From contig NC_092002.1 of NCBI RefSeq assembly GCF_044704955.1, forward strand, positions 26,908,001 through 26,972,000: a stretch of 64,000 bases of DNA, read 5' to 3'. Positions 23,547 through 37,300 of this stretch are shown piece by piece. The stretch's first letter is position 1, and each line of letters starts with the position of its first letter. The notes beneath the pieces were generated by a model that saw nothing but the letters and a program-made list of their open reading frames with translations, made no database searches and had not been told where the DNA came from. The stretch is from Pristiophorus japonicus. Its lineage: Eukaryota. Position numbers and translations under genes: made by a program.

Positions 23547-24620
23547 ATCACAGAATCTTACTGCACAGAAGGAGGCCATTCGGCCCATCGTGCCTATGCC
23601 GGCTCTTTCAAAGAGCAGTCCAGTTAGTTCCACTCCCCCGCTCTTTCCCCGTAGCCCTGTAATTTTCCCCCTTCAAGTATTTACCAAATTTCCTTTTGAA
23701 AATGACCATTGAATCTGCTGCCCCCACTCTTTGAGGCAGAGCATTCCAGGTCGCTAAAACACTGGTTAGGCCACAGCTGGAGTACTGCGTGCAGTTCTGG
23801 TCACCACGTTACAGGAAAGATGTGATTGCACTGGAGAGGGTACAGAGGAGATTTATGAGGATGTTGCCTGGACGGGAGAATTTTGACTATGAGGAAAGAT
23901 TGGAGATGCTGGGTCTGTTTTCTTTGGAACAGAGGAGGCTGAGGGGAGACCTGATTGAGGTGTATAAAATTATGAGGGGCCTGGATAGAGTGGATAGGAA
24001 GGACCTGTTTCCCTGGGCAGAGGGGTCAACAACCAGAGGGCATGGATTTAAAGTAATTGGTGGGACGTTTAGAGGAGATATGAGGGGAAATTTCTTCACC
24101 CAGAGGATGGTGGGGGTCTGGAACTCACTGCCTGAAAGGACCAAGAGCTGGAAAGTGGGATTAGGCCGGATAGCTCTTGGTCGGCCGGCACGGACACGAT
24201 GGGCCGAAATGGCCTCCTTCCGTGCTGCAAATTTCTCTGATTCTATGATCACAACACACTGTTCAAAGTAAGATTCTCCTCGTGTCGCCTCTGGTTTTTT
24301 TGCCAGTTATCTGAGCTCTGTGTGCTCTGACTACCCACTCTCCGGCACTGGCAGCAATTTCTCTTCATTTATTCTGTAAAAAACCTCATGATTTTAAACC
24401 CCTCTATCAAATCTCCCCTTAACCTTCTATGCTGTCAGGAGAAATTCTCCCAGCTTATCCAGCCCCTCCACATAACTGAATTCCCTCATCCCTGGCACCG
24501 GTCTAGTCAATCTCCTCTGCACCCTCTCAAGGCCGTGACAGACTTCCTCAAATGTGGTGCCCAGAACTCAACGCAATGTTCCAGCTGGGCCCAACCAGTG
24601 AGTTATAAAGGTTTAGCGTG
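23547..24620 (-). mobile_element. Old 5'-truncated CR1 fragment, split by a nested insertion at 23753-24250
   Basis: 3' stem-loop CAGAAGGAGGCCATTCGGCCCATC; both halves align colinearly with the fragment at 63250-63830. Confidence 0.8.
23753..24250 (+). mobile_element. 5'-truncated CR1 fragment nested in the opposite orientation
   Basis: ORF 23789-24271 matches the ORF2 C-terminus (QFWSPRYRKDVIALERVQRRF...RRLRGDLIEVYKI...TRGH); tail TTTCTCTGATTCTATGA. Confidence 0.9.
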
Positions 24621-24859
24621 AAAGTCGGGATCGGACCCGTCACACAGGATTTTTTTCCGTGCGGGACGGCAGATGGGGATCATGAAGCAGGAGGGAGTTC
24701 TGGTCAGTTGATGCCTTCGAGTCAGGATCAGTACCTGAGGAAGGGATTGAGTGTTGGAGGGATGTTGATCGATCGCTTTCTGGTAATTACCTGGTAATTG
24801 AAGGCAGTGTTTTCTGGGACTGACTGTGGAATCAGGAATTCTCTGATTGTTTCCCTCAG

Positions 24860-25234
24860 CTACTGCTGGACAAGTTCACGGAGTTTGCTCACGAGACAGG
24901 GGTGATTGGGCAGGAGCGGGTCAACACCATCAATCAGATGGTGGACGAGCTGATTGATTACGGCCACACAGACGCAGCCACCATCGCGGAGTGGAAGGAT
25001 GGTGTGGGTGAAGCCTGGGCAGATCTGCTGGAACTGATAGAGACTCGAGCTCAGATGTTGTCAGCCTCCCAGGAACTGCACAAGTTCTTCACTGACTGTA
25101 AGGAGGTGGTTGTCCACATTGAGGAGAAACACAAACAGCTCCCGAACGTTGCCGTCGGCGATTCCAGCAGCACCTTTACTCTGCAACGAATGCTGAGTTC
25201 ATTCGAACACGATATCCAGGTGCTGGTCACACAG
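24860..25234 (+). CDS. SPTBN4: Beta-spectrin internal exon (spectrin repeats, ankyrin-binding region), 375 nt, phase 0 to 0
   Basis: Acceptor TTTCCCTCAG|, donor CAG|GTATTT; LLLDKFTEFAHETGVIGQERVNTINQMVDELIDYGHTDAATIAEWKDG...TRAQMLSASQELHKFF...FEHDIQVLVTQ joins in frame to the previous exon. Confidence 0.92.
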
Positions 25235-25369
25235 GTATTTCTTCAGTTATCTGTCATTGTCCTTCTGCTTTCCTTGTCCTTGCAGTGCGAGTGTTGTCGG
25301 GCGCAAGATCTCGGGCCACCCGCTCAGTCACAGGCAACCGCCTCGTTTAAACCGGAGTTTGGAGTTTGC

Positions 25370-28300
25370 TCTGACATTGGTCAAGTGGTGGTCCCTCGGA
25401 CATTGGTCAAGGATAGGGCCTTCAGACATTGGTAAAGGGTGGGGCCCTTGGATATTGGTCAAGGGTGGTCCCCTTGGATATTGGTCAAGTTGTGGGCCCT
25501 CGGTCATTGGTCCAGGGTTGGCCGTTCGGACATTGGTCAAGGGTGGGGCCTTCAGACATTGGTCAATGGGTGGGTCCCTCAGACATTGGTCAAGGGGTTG
25601 GCCGCACGAACATTGGTCAATAGGTGGGCCCCTCCGACATTGGTCAAGGGATGGGCCCCACGGACATTGGTCAAGGGATGGGCCCCTCCAACATTGGTCA
25701 AGGGGTGGGTCCCTCGGACATTGGTCAAGGGGTGGGCCCTCGGTCATTGGTCAAGGATGGGCCCCTCCAACATTGGTCAAGGGATGGTCCCTTCAGACAT
25801 TGGTCAAGGGTGGGGCCTTTAGACATTGGTCAAGGATAGGGCCTTCAGACATTGGTCAAGGGTGAGGCCCTTGGACATTGGTCCAGGGGTGGGGCCCTCG
25901 GTCATTGGTCAAGGGGTGTGGCTTTCGGTTATTGGTCAAGGGTGGTCCCTCGGTCATTGGTCAAGTTGTGAGTCCCTTGGACATTGGTCAACGGGTGGGG
26001 CCCTCCGACATTGGTCAAGGGCGGGTGCCCCACGGACATTGATCAAGGGCTGGGTACCTGGGACATTGGTCAAGGGGTGGGGTCCTCGGACATTGGTCAA
26101 GGGTGGGGCCCTCGGTCATTGGTCAAGGAGTGGGGCCCTCGGACATTGGTCAAGGGCTGGGCCTCTGGGGCATTGGTCAAGGGTGGGGCCCTCGGACATT
26201 GGTCAAGTTGTGGGCCCCTCGGACATTGGTCAAGGGGTGGGGCACTCGGACATTGGTCAAGGGGTGGGGCCCAGGACAGTGGTCAAGGTTGGGCCAATCG
26301 GACATTGGTCAAGTTGTGGGCCCCTCGGACATTGGTCAAGGGGTGGGGCACTCGGACATTGGTCAAGGGGTGGGCCCCCCGGACAATGGACAAGGTTGGG
26401 CCAATCGGACATTGGTCAAGGGTGGGCCCCTCGAACATTGGTCAAGGGTTGGGACCCTCGGACATTGGTCAGGGGGTGGGCCCTTCGGAAATTGGTCAAG
26501 TGGGCGCTCGGACATTGGTCAAGGCTGGGGCCCTCGGACATTGATCAACGGGTGGGGCCCCCGGACAGTGGTCAAGGTTGGGCCCCTCGGACATTGGTCA
26601 AGGGGTGGGACCTTCAGACATTGGTCAAGAGGTGGGGCTTTCGGTCATTGGTCAAGAGGTGGGGCTTTCGGTCATTGGTCAAGAGATGGGCCATTGGACA
26701 TTGGTCAAGTTGTGGACGCTTGGACATTGGTCAAGGGGTGGGCCCTTGGACATTGGTTAAGTGGTGGGCCCTTGGACATTGGTCAAGGGGTTGTCCCCTC
26801 AGACATTGATCAAGGGGTGGGCCCTCGGACATTGGTCAAGGTTGGTCAAGGGGTCAAGGGGTCGGGCCCTTGGACATTGGTCAATGCTGGACCCTCGCTC
26901 ATTGGTCAAGGGAGACCATTGGTCATGGGCCATTGGACAGTGGTCAAGGGGTGGGCCCTTGGACATTGGTCAGGGGGTGGGCCCTTGGACATGGGTCAAG
27001 GGCGGCCCCTCAGTCATTGGTCAAGTTGTGAGCCCTTCGGACATTGGTCAAGAGGTGGGGCCCTCGGATATTGATCAAGGGTGGGGCCCTCGGACATTGG
27101 TCAAGGGTGGCCCCTCGGTCATTGGTCAAGCGATTGGCCCCTCGAACATTGATCAAGGGGTGGGCCCTCGGAGATTGGTCAATGCTGGACCCTCGGTCAA
27201 GGGAGAGGCCCCTCGGACATTGGTCAAGTTGTGGGCCCCTCCGACATTGGTCAAGGGTAGCCCCTCGGTCATTTGTCAAAGGGTGGGCCCCTCCGATATT
27301 GGTCAAGGGTGGGCCCCTTGGACATTGGTCAAGGATGGGGCCTTCAGACATTGGTCAAGGGGTGTGTACCTCTGACATTGGTCAAGGGGTTGGCCCCTCG
27401 GACATTGATCAAGGGGTGGGCCCTCGGACATTGGTCAAGGGTGGGCCCCTCGATCATTGGTCAAGGGGTGGGGCCCTTAGACATTGGTCAATGGTGGGAC
27501 CCTCGGACCTTGGTAAAGTGGTGGAACCCTCGGACACTGGTCAATTGTGGCTCCTCCGTCATTGGTCAAGGGATGGGCCCCACGGACATTGATCAAGTTG
27601 TGGGCCCCTCGGACATTGGTCAAGGGGTGGGCATAAGACATTGGTCAAGGGGGCCGCTCGGACATTGGTCAAGGGTGGCCCCTCGGTCATTAGTCAAGGG
27701 GTGGGCCCCTCGGACATTGGTCAAAGGGTGGGCCCCTCCAATATTGGTCAAGGATGGGGCCCTCGGACATTGGTCAAGGATGGGCCCTCGGACATTGGTC
27801 AAGGGTGGGGCCCCAGGATATTGGTCAAGGTTGGACCGCTCGGACATTGGTCAAGGGTGTGCCCCTCGGTCATTGGTCAAAAGGTGGGTCCCTCTGTCAT
27901 TGGTCAAGGGTGGGCCTCTCGGTCATTGGTCAAGGGATGGGCCCCTCGGTCATTGGTCAAGGGATGGGCTCCTCGGACATTGGACAAGTTGTGGGCCCCT
28001 CGGACATTGGTCAAGGGGTGGTCCCTTGGACATTGGTCAAGGGGTGGGCCCCTCGGACATTGATCAAGTGGTTGGCCACTCAGACATTGGTCAAGGGTGG
28101 GGCCATCCGACTTTGGTCAAGGGTGGGACCCTAGGACATTGGTCAAGGGATGGGCCCCTCGGACATTGGTCAAGGGTGGCCCCTCGGACATTGATCAAGG
28201 GGTAGGCCCCTCGGACATTGATCAACAGCGGGCCCCTCGCACATTGGTCAAGGGGCTGGCTGCTCGGACATTTGTCAAGGTGTGGGACCCTCAGACATTG

Positions 28301-31300
28301 GTCAGGGGGTGGGCCCTTCGGACATTGGTCAAGGGGTAGGCCCCTCGGACATTGATCAACAGCGGGCCCCTCGGACATTGGTCAAGGGGCTGGCTGCTCG
28401 GACATTGGTCAAGGTGTGGGACCCTCGGACATTGGTCAAGGCATGGGCCCCTCGGATATTGGTCAAGGGTGGCCCCTGGGACATTGGTCAACGGTGCGCC
28501 CCTCGGACATTGGTCAAGGGATGGGCCCCTCTGTCATTGGTCAAGGGGTGGGACTTTCGGTCATTGGTCTAGTTGTGAGCCCCTTGGACATTGGTCAAGG
28601 GGGAGTGCCCCTCCGTCATTGGTCAAGGGAAGGGGCCGTCATACATTGGTCAAGGGTCGACCCCTCGAACATTGGTCAAGGGTGGGGCCCTTGGACATTG
28701 GTCAAGCGTGGTGTCTTCAGACATTGGTAATGTCTGGGGCCCTCGGACAATGGTCAAGGAGTGGGGCCCTCGGTCATTGGTCAAGGGTGGGCCCCTGGGA
28801 CATTGGTCAAGGGGTGGGCCCTCGGTCATTGGTCAGGGGGTCGGGCCTTCAGACATTAGTCAAGGCTGGAGCACTCGGACATCGGTCAAGGGGTTGAGGC
28901 TTCAAACATTGGTCAAGGGGTGGGGCCTTCAGACATTGGTCAAGGAGTGGGGCTTTCAAACATTGGTCAAGGGATGGGCCCCTTGGACATTGGTCAAGGC
29001 ATGGGACCCTTGGACATTGGTCGAGGCTGGCCACTCGGACATTGGTCAATGGTGGGCCCCTTGGACATTGGTCAAGGGATGGGCCCCTCGGTCATTGGTC
29101 AAGGGGTGGGGCTTTCGGTCATTGGTCTAGTTGTGAGCCCCTTGGACATTGGTCAAGGGGGTTGCCCCGCCATCATTGGTCAAGGGAAGGGGCCGTCACA
29201 CATTTTCCAAGGGTCGACCCCTCGGACATAGGTCAAGGGTGGGGCCATCTGACTTTGGTCAAGGGTGGGGCCCCTGGGACATTGGTCAAGGGTGGCCCCT
29301 CGGACATTGGTCAAGGGGTAGGCCCCTTGGACATTGATCAACAGCGGTCCCCTCGGACATTGGTCAAGGGGCTGGCTCCTCGGACATTGGTCAAGAAGTG
29401 GGACCGTCAGACATTGGTCAGGCGTGGGCCCTTCGGACATTGGTCAAGGGGTAGGCCCCTTGGATATTGGTCAAGGGTGGCACCTGGGACATTGGTCAAG
29501 GGATGGGCCCTCGGTCATTGGTCAGGGGGTCGGGCCTTCATACATTAGTCAAGGCTGGAGCACTCGGACATCGGTCAAGGGGTGGGGCTTCAAACATTGG
29601 TCAAGGGGTGGGGCCTTCAGACATTGGTCAAGGAATGGGGCTTTCAAACATTGGTCAAGGGATGGGCCCCTTGGACATTGGTCAAGGCATGGGACCCTTG
29701 GACATTGGTCGAGGCTGGCCACTCGGACATTGGTCAATGGTGGGCCCCTTGGACATTGGTCAAGGGATGGGCCCCTCGGTCATTGGTCAAGGGGTGGGGC
29801 TTTCGGTCATTGGTCTAGTTGTGAGCCCCTTGGACATTGGTCAAGGGGGTTGCCCCGCCGTCATTGGTCAAGGGAAGGGGTCGTCACACATTGGTCAAGG
29901 GTCGACCCCTCGGACATAGGTCAAGGGTGGGGCCATCTGACTTTGGTCAAGGGTGGGGCCCCTGGGACATTGGTCAAGGGGTAGGCCCCTTGGACATTGA
30001 TCAACAGCGGTCCCCTCGGACATTGGTCAAGGGGCTGGCTCCTCGGACATTGGTCAAGAAGTGGGACCCTCAGACATTGGTCAGGGGGTGGGCCCTTCGG
30101 ACATTGGTCAAGGGATAGGCCCCTCGGACATTGATCAACAGCGGGCCCCTCGGACATTGGTCAAGGGGCTGGCTGCTCGGACATTGGTCAAGGTGTGGGA
30201 CCCTCGGACATTGGTCAAGGCATGGGCCCCTCGGATATTGGTCAAGGGTGGCCCCTGGGACATTGGTCAAGGGATGGGCCCTCGGTCATTGGTCAGGGGG
30301 TCGGGCCTTCAGACATTAGTCAAGGCTGGAGCACTCGGACATCGGTCAAGGGGTGGGGCTTCAAACATTGGTAAAGGAGTGGGGCTTTCAAACATTGGTC
30401 AAGGTTGGGCCCTTGGACATTGGTCAAGAGGTGGGGATTTTCGGTCATTGGTCAAGGGTGGACCGTCAGTCATTGGTCAAGAGATGGGCCCTCGGATATT
30501 GGTCAAGTAATGGACCACTTGGACATTGGTCAAGGGGTGGGCCCTTGGACAGTGGTCAAAGGGTGGGGCCCTTGGACATTGGTCAAGGGATGGGCTCCTC
30601 GGTCATTGGTCAAGGGATGGGGCTTTCGGTCATTGGTCTAGTTGTGAGCCCCTTGGACATTGGTCAAGGGGGTTGCCCCACCGTCATTGGTCAAGGGAAG
30701 GGGCCATCACACATTGGTCAAGGGTCGACCCCTTGGACATTGGTCAAGGGTGGGGCCAACTGACTTTGGTCAAGGGTGAGGCCCCTGGGACATTGGACAA
30801 GGGTGGCCCCTCGGACATTGGTCAAGGGGTAGGCCCCTCGGACATTTTTCAACAGCGGGCCCCTCGGACATTGGTCAAGGGGCTGGCTGCTCGGACATTG
30901 GTCAAGGTGTGGGACCCTCAGACATTGGTCAGGGGGTGGGCCCTTCGGACATTGGTCAAGTTGTGGGCCCTCGGACATTTGTCAAGGGGTGGGACCCTAG
31001 GACATTGGTCAAGGGATGGGCCCCTCGGTCATTGGTCAAGGGGTGGGGCTTTCGGTCATTGGTCTAGTTGTGAGCCCCTTGGACATTGGTCAAGGGGGAG
31101 TGCCCCTCTGTCATTGGTCAAGGGAAGGGGCCGTCACACATTGGTCAAGGGTCGACCCCTCGGACATTGGTCAAGGGTGGGGCCCTTGGACCTTGGTCAA
31201 GCGTGGGGTCTTCAGACATTGGTAATGGCTGGAGCCCTCGGACAATGGTCAAGGAGTGGGGCCCTTGGTCATTGATCAAGGGTGGGCTCCTGGGACATTG

Positions 31301-34300
31301 GTCAAGGGGTGCGCCCTCGGTCATTGGTCAGGGGGTCGGGCCTTCAGACATTAGTCAAGGCTGGAGCACTCGGACATCGGTCAAGGGGTGGGGCTTCAAA
31401 CACTGGTCAAGGGTGGGCCCTTGAACATTGGTCAAGAGGTGGGGCTTTTCGGTCATTGGTCAAGGGCGGACCGTCAGTCATTGGTCAAGAGATGGGCCCT
31501 CGGACATTGGTCAAGTTGTGGACCACTTGGACATTGGTCAAGTGGTTGGGCCCCTGGACATTGGTCAAGGGTGGCCACTCGGACATTGGTCAACGGTGGG
31601 CCCCTCGGACATTGGTCAAGAGTTGGGACCCTCGGACATTGGTCAAGGGTGCGGCCCTCGGACATTGGTCAAGTGGTGGGTCCCTCGGACATTGGTCAAG
31701 GTGTTGGCCGCTCCGACATTCATCAAGGGGTGGGGCCCTCGGACATTGCTCAAGGTGTAGGACCCTCGGACATTGGTCAAGGGTGGGGCCCTCGGACATT
31801 GGTCAAGGGGTGGGCCCTTGGACATTGGTCAAGGGGTGGGGTCGTCGGACATTGGTCAAGGGGTGGGCCCTCGGACATTGGTCAAGAGGTGGTTCACTCG
31901 GACATTGCTCAAGGGATGGGCCCCTCGGACATTGGTCAAGGCATGGGCCCATTGGATATTGGTCAAGGGGTGGGGCTTTCGGTCATTGGTCTAGTTGTGA
32001 GCCCCTTGGACATTGGTCAAGGGGGTTGCCCCCCCATCATTGGTCAAGGGAAGAGGCCGTCACACATTGGTCAAGGGTCGACCCCTCAGACATAATCAAG
32101 GGTGGGGTCCCTGGGACATTGGTCAAGGGTGGCCCCTCGGACATTGGTCAAGGGGTAGGCCCCTCGGACATTGATCAACAGCGGGCTCATCAGATATTGG
32201 TCAAGGGGCTGGCCGCTGGGACATTGGTCGAGTTGTGGGCCCCTCGGACATTGGTCAAGGGGTGGGCACTTGGACATTGGTCAAGGGGGGCCCCTTGGAC
32301 ATTGGTCAAGGGTTGGGCTCCTGGGTCATTGGTCAATGGTGAACCCCTCGGACATTGATCAAGGGGTTTGCCGCTCGGACATTGGTCAAGGGTTGGGCCA
32401 TCAGACTTTGGTCAAGGGGTGGGCCAATCAGACATTGGTCAAGTTGTGGGCCCTCGGTTATTGGTCAAAGGGTGGGGCCCTCGGTTATTCGTCAAGGGGT
32501 GGGGTTTTCGGTCATTGGTCAAGAGTGGCACCGTGGTCATTGATCAAGAGATGGGCCCCTTGGACATTAGTCAAGGCGTGGGCCCTTGGACATTGGTCAA
32601 GGGCTGTGCCCTTCAGACATTGGTCAAGTGGTTGGCCGCTCGGACTTTGGTCAGGGGTTGGGGCCTTCGGACATTGGTCAAGATGTGGGCCACTCGGACA
32701 TTGGTCAAGGGATGGGCCCTCAGACATTGGTCAAGGGATGAGCCACTCGGACATTGGTCAAGGGGCAGGCCCTCGGATATTGGTCAAGGGTGGGCCCTTT
32801 GGACATTGATCAAGGGTGGGCCCTTCGAACATTGGTCAAGGCTGGGCCCTCGGACATTAGTCAAGGGTTGAGCCTTCAGACATTGGTCAAGGGTGGGGCC
32901 TTCGGCATTGGTCAAGGGTGGGTCATCGGCATTAGTTAAGGGTGGGGCCTTCTGACATTGGTCAATGGGTGTGGCCCTCGGACATTGGTCAAGGGGTGGG
33001 GCCCTCGGACATTGGTCAAGTGTGGTCCCCTCGGACATTGGTCAAGTTGTGGGCCCTCGGCCATTGGTCAAGGGGTGGGACCTTCGATCATTGGTCAAGG
33101 GGTGGGGCTTTTGGTAATTGGTCTAGTGTGACCCCTCGGTCATTGGTCAAGGGATGGGCCCCTCGGACATTGGTCAATGGGTGGGCCCTCGGGCATTGTT
33201 CAAGCGTGGGGCCTTTGGACATGGTCAAGGTGCGGGGCCTTTGGACATTGGTCAAGAGGTGGGCCTTGAGACATTGGTCAAGTTGTGGGCCCCTTGGACA
33301 ATGGTCAAGGGGGGCCCATTGGTCAAGGGGAGAGGCAGTCAGGCATTGGTCAAGGGGTGGATCCTCGGACATAGGTCAAGGGTGGGCCCCTCTGACATTG
33401 GTCAAGGGTGTGGCCTTTAGACATTGGTCAAGGCTGGCGCCCTCGGACAATGTTCAAAGGGTGCAGCCCTCGGACATTGGTCAAGGGATGGGCCCCTCGG
33501 ACATTGGTCAAGGGGTGGGGCCTTCGGTCATTAGTCAAGGTATGGGCCCTCGGACTTTGGTTAAGGGGTGGTGCCCTCGGTCATTGGTCAAGGGGTGGGG
33601 CCTTCGGTCATTGGTTAAGGGGTGGGCCCCTCGGACATTGGTCAAGGGTGGGGCCTTCAGACATTGGCCAAGCGTGGTGCCCTCGGTCATTGGTCAAGGG
33701 GAGGGGCCTTCGGTCATTGGTTAAGGGGTGGGCCCCTCGGACATTGGTCAAAGGTGGGGCCTTCAGACATTGGCCAAGGGTGGGGTCCTCGGACATTGGT
33801 CAAGGGGTGGGCCCCGGGACATTGGTCAAGGGGTGGGCCATTCAGACATTGATCAAAGGGTGGGACCCTCGGACATTGGTCAAGGGTTGGGCCCCTCGGA
33901 CATTGAACAAGTGGTGGATCCCTCGGACATTGGTCAAGGTGTAGGCCGCTCGGACATTGGTCAAGGGGTGGGCCCTCGATCATTGGTCAAGGGTGGGATC
34001 CTCGGACATTGGTCAAGGGATGGGCCAATCGGACATTGGTCAAGGTGGGCCCCTCGGACATTGGTCAAGGGGTGGTCCCCTGGAACATTGGTCAAGGGGT
34101 GGGCCCATCAGACATTGGTCAAGGGGTTTGCCACTTGGACATTGGTCAAGGGTGGGGCCATCAGACTTTGGTCAAGGGTTAGGCCCCTCGAACATTGGTC
34201 AAGTTGTGGGCCCTCGGTTATTGGTCAAGGGGTTCGGCCCTCGGTCATTCATCAAGGGGTGGGGTTTTCGGTCATTGGTCAAGGGTGGCACCGTGGTCAT

Positions 34301-37300
34301 TAGTCAAGGGATGGGCCCCTCAGACATTGGTGAAGTGGCCACCATGGAGATTGGTCAAGGGGTGGGCCCTGGGACATTGGTCAGTGGGTGGACCTCTCAG
34401 ACATTAGTCAAGGGTGGGGCCTTCAGATATTGGCCAAGGGTGGGGCCTTCGGCATTGGCCAAGTGTGGGGCCTTCGGCATTGGTCAAGGGTGGGGCCTTC
34501 TGACGTTGGTCAAGGGTGGTCCCATCGGCCATTGGTCAAGGGGTGGGACCTTCGATCATTGGTCAAGGGGTGGGACTTTCGGTAATTGGTCTAGGGTGGC
34601 CCTTCGGTTATTGGTCAAGGGTGGGCCCCTCGGACATTGGTCAAGGGGTGGGCACTCGGGCATTGTTCAACGGTGGGGCCTTTGGACATTGGGCAAGGGG
34701 TGGGGCCTTGAGACATTGGTCCAGTTGTGGGCCCCTTGGACAACGGGGGGGCCATCGGTCATTGGTCAAGGGAGGGGCAGGCAGACATTGGTCAAGTGGT
34801 GGGTCCTCGGACATAGGTCAAAAGTAGCCCCTCTGACATTGGTCAAGGGTGGAGCCTTTAGACATTGGTCAAGGCTGGGGCACTCGGACAATGGTCAAGG
34901 GGTGGGGCCCTCGGACATTGGTCAAGGGATGGGCCCCTCGGACATTGGTCAAGGGCTGGGCACTTGGACATTGGTCAAGGGCTGGGCCATTTGGACATTG
35001 GTCAAGGGGTTGGCCGTTTGGACATTGGTCAAGGGTTGGGCCCCTCGGACATTGGACAAGGGTGGGGCCCTCGGACATTGGTCAAGAGTGGGGCCCTCGG
35101 ACATTGGTCAAGGGTTGGGCTCCTCGGACATTGAACAAGTGGTGGGTCCCTCGGACATTGGTCAAGGTGTAGGCCGCTCGGACATTGGTCAAGGGGTGGG
35201 CCCTCGATCATTGGTCAAGGGTGGGATCCTCGGACATTGGTCAAGGGGTGGGCCCTCGGACATTGGTCAAGGGGTGGGCCTTCGGAAATTGGCCAAGTGG
35301 TGTGACTCTCAGACATTGGTCCAGGGGTGGGCACTTGGACATTGGTCAAGGGTGGGCCCCTCGGTCATTGGTCAAGTGGTGTGCCCTCGGACATTATTCA
35401 AGTGGTGGGGCCCTCGGACATTGGTCTAGTGGTGGGACCCTCGGACATTGGTCAAGGGTGGCCCCTCGGTCATTGGTCAAGGGATGGGCCAATCGGACAT
35501 TGGTCAAGGTGGGCCCCTCGGACATTGGTCAAGAGGTGGTCCCCTGGAACATTGGTCAAGGGGTGGGCCCATCAGACATTGGTCAAGGGGTTTGCCACTT
35601 GGACATTGGTCAAGGGCGGCCCCTCAGTCATTGGTCAAGTTGTGAGCCCTTCGGACATTGGTCAAGAGGTGGGGCCCTCGGATATTGATCAAGGGTGGGG
35701 CCCTCGGACATTGGTCAAGGGTGGCCCCTCGGTCATTGGTCAAGCGATTGGCCCCTCGAACATTGATCAAGGGGTGGGCCCTCGGAGATTGGTCAATGCT
35801 GGACCCTCGGTCAAGGGAGAGGCCCCTCGGACATTGGTCAAGTTGTGGGCCCCTCCGACATTGGTCAAGGGTAGCCCCTCGGTCATTTGTCAAAGGGTGG
35901 GCCCCTCCGATATTGGTCAAGGGTGGGCCCCTTGGACATTGGTCAAGGATGGGGCCTTCAGACATTGGTCAAGGGGTGTGTACCTCTGACATTGGTCAAG
36001 GGGTTGGCCCCTCGGACATTGATCAAGGGGTGGGCCCTCGGACATTGGTCAAGGGTGGGCCCCTCGATCATTGGTCAAGGGGTGGGGCCCTTAGACATTG
36101 GTCAATGGTGGGACCCTCGGACCTTGGTAAAGTGGTGGAACCCTCGGACACTGGTCAATTGTGGCTCCTCCGTCATTGGTCAAGGGATGGGCCCCACGGA
36201 CATTGATCAAGTTGTGGGCCCCTCGGACATTGGTCAAGGGGTGGGCATAAGACATTGGTCAAGGGGGCCGCTCGGACATTGGTCAAGGGTGGCCCCTCGG
36301 TCATTAGTCAAGGGGTGGGCCCCTCGGACATTGGTCAAAGGGTGGGCCCCTCCAATATTGGTCAAGGATGGGGCCCTCGGACATTGGTCAAGGATGGGGC
36401 CCTCGGACATTGGTCAAGGGTGGGGCCCCCGGATATTGGTCAAGGTTGGACCGCTCGGACATTGGTCAAGGGTGTGCCCCTCGGTCATTGGTCAAAAGGT
36501 GGGTCCCTCTGTCATTGGTCAAGGGTGGGCCTCTCGGTCATTGGTCAAGGGATGGGCCCCTCGGTCATTGGTCAAGGGATGGGCTCCTCGGACATTGGAC
36601 AAGTTGTGGGCCCTACGGACATTGGTCAAGGGGTGGTCCCTTGGACATTGGTCAAGGGGTGGGCCCCTCGGACATTGATCAAGTGGTTGGCCACTCAGAC
36701 ATTGGTCAAGGGTGGGGCCATCCGACTTTGGTCAAGGGTGGGACCCTAGGACATTGGTCAAGGGATGGGCCCCTCGGACATTGGTCAAGGGTGGCCCCTC
36801 GGACATTGATCAAGGGGTAGGCCCCTCGGACATTGATCAACAGCGGGCCCCTCGCACATTGGTCAAGGGGCTGGCTGCTCGGACATTTGTCAAGGTGTGG
36901 GACCCTCAGACATTGGTCAGGGGGTGGGCCCTTTGGACATTGGTCAAGGGGTAGGCCCCTCGGACATTGATCAACAGCGGGCCCCTCGGACATTGGTCAA
37001 GGGGCTGGCTGCTCGGACATTGGTCAAGGTGTGGGACCCTCGGACATTGGTCAAGGATGGGGCCCTCGGACATTGGTCAAGGGTGGGGCCCCCGGATATT
37101 GGTCAAGGTTGGACCGCTCGGACATTGGTCAAGGGTGTGCCCCTCGGTCATTGGTCAAAAGGTGGGTCCCTCTGTCATTGGTCAAGGGTGGGCCTCTCGG
37201 TCATTGGTCAAGGGATGGGCCCCTCGGTCATTGGTCAAGGGATGGGCTCCTCGGACATTGGACAAGTTGTGGGCCCCTCGGACATTGGTCAAGGGGTGGT

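Noticed and set aside
21612-23551. 350-aa proline-rich ORF and neighbouring ORFs
   Set aside because: Low-complexity C-rich tract and 17-bp repeat inside an intron whose flanking exons join in frame without it
25235-25435. In-frame extension of the spectrin exon ORF past the donor site
   Set aside because: Spectrin similarity ends exactly at CAG|GT; the extension is most simply intronic read-through with no evidence for an alternative terminal exon
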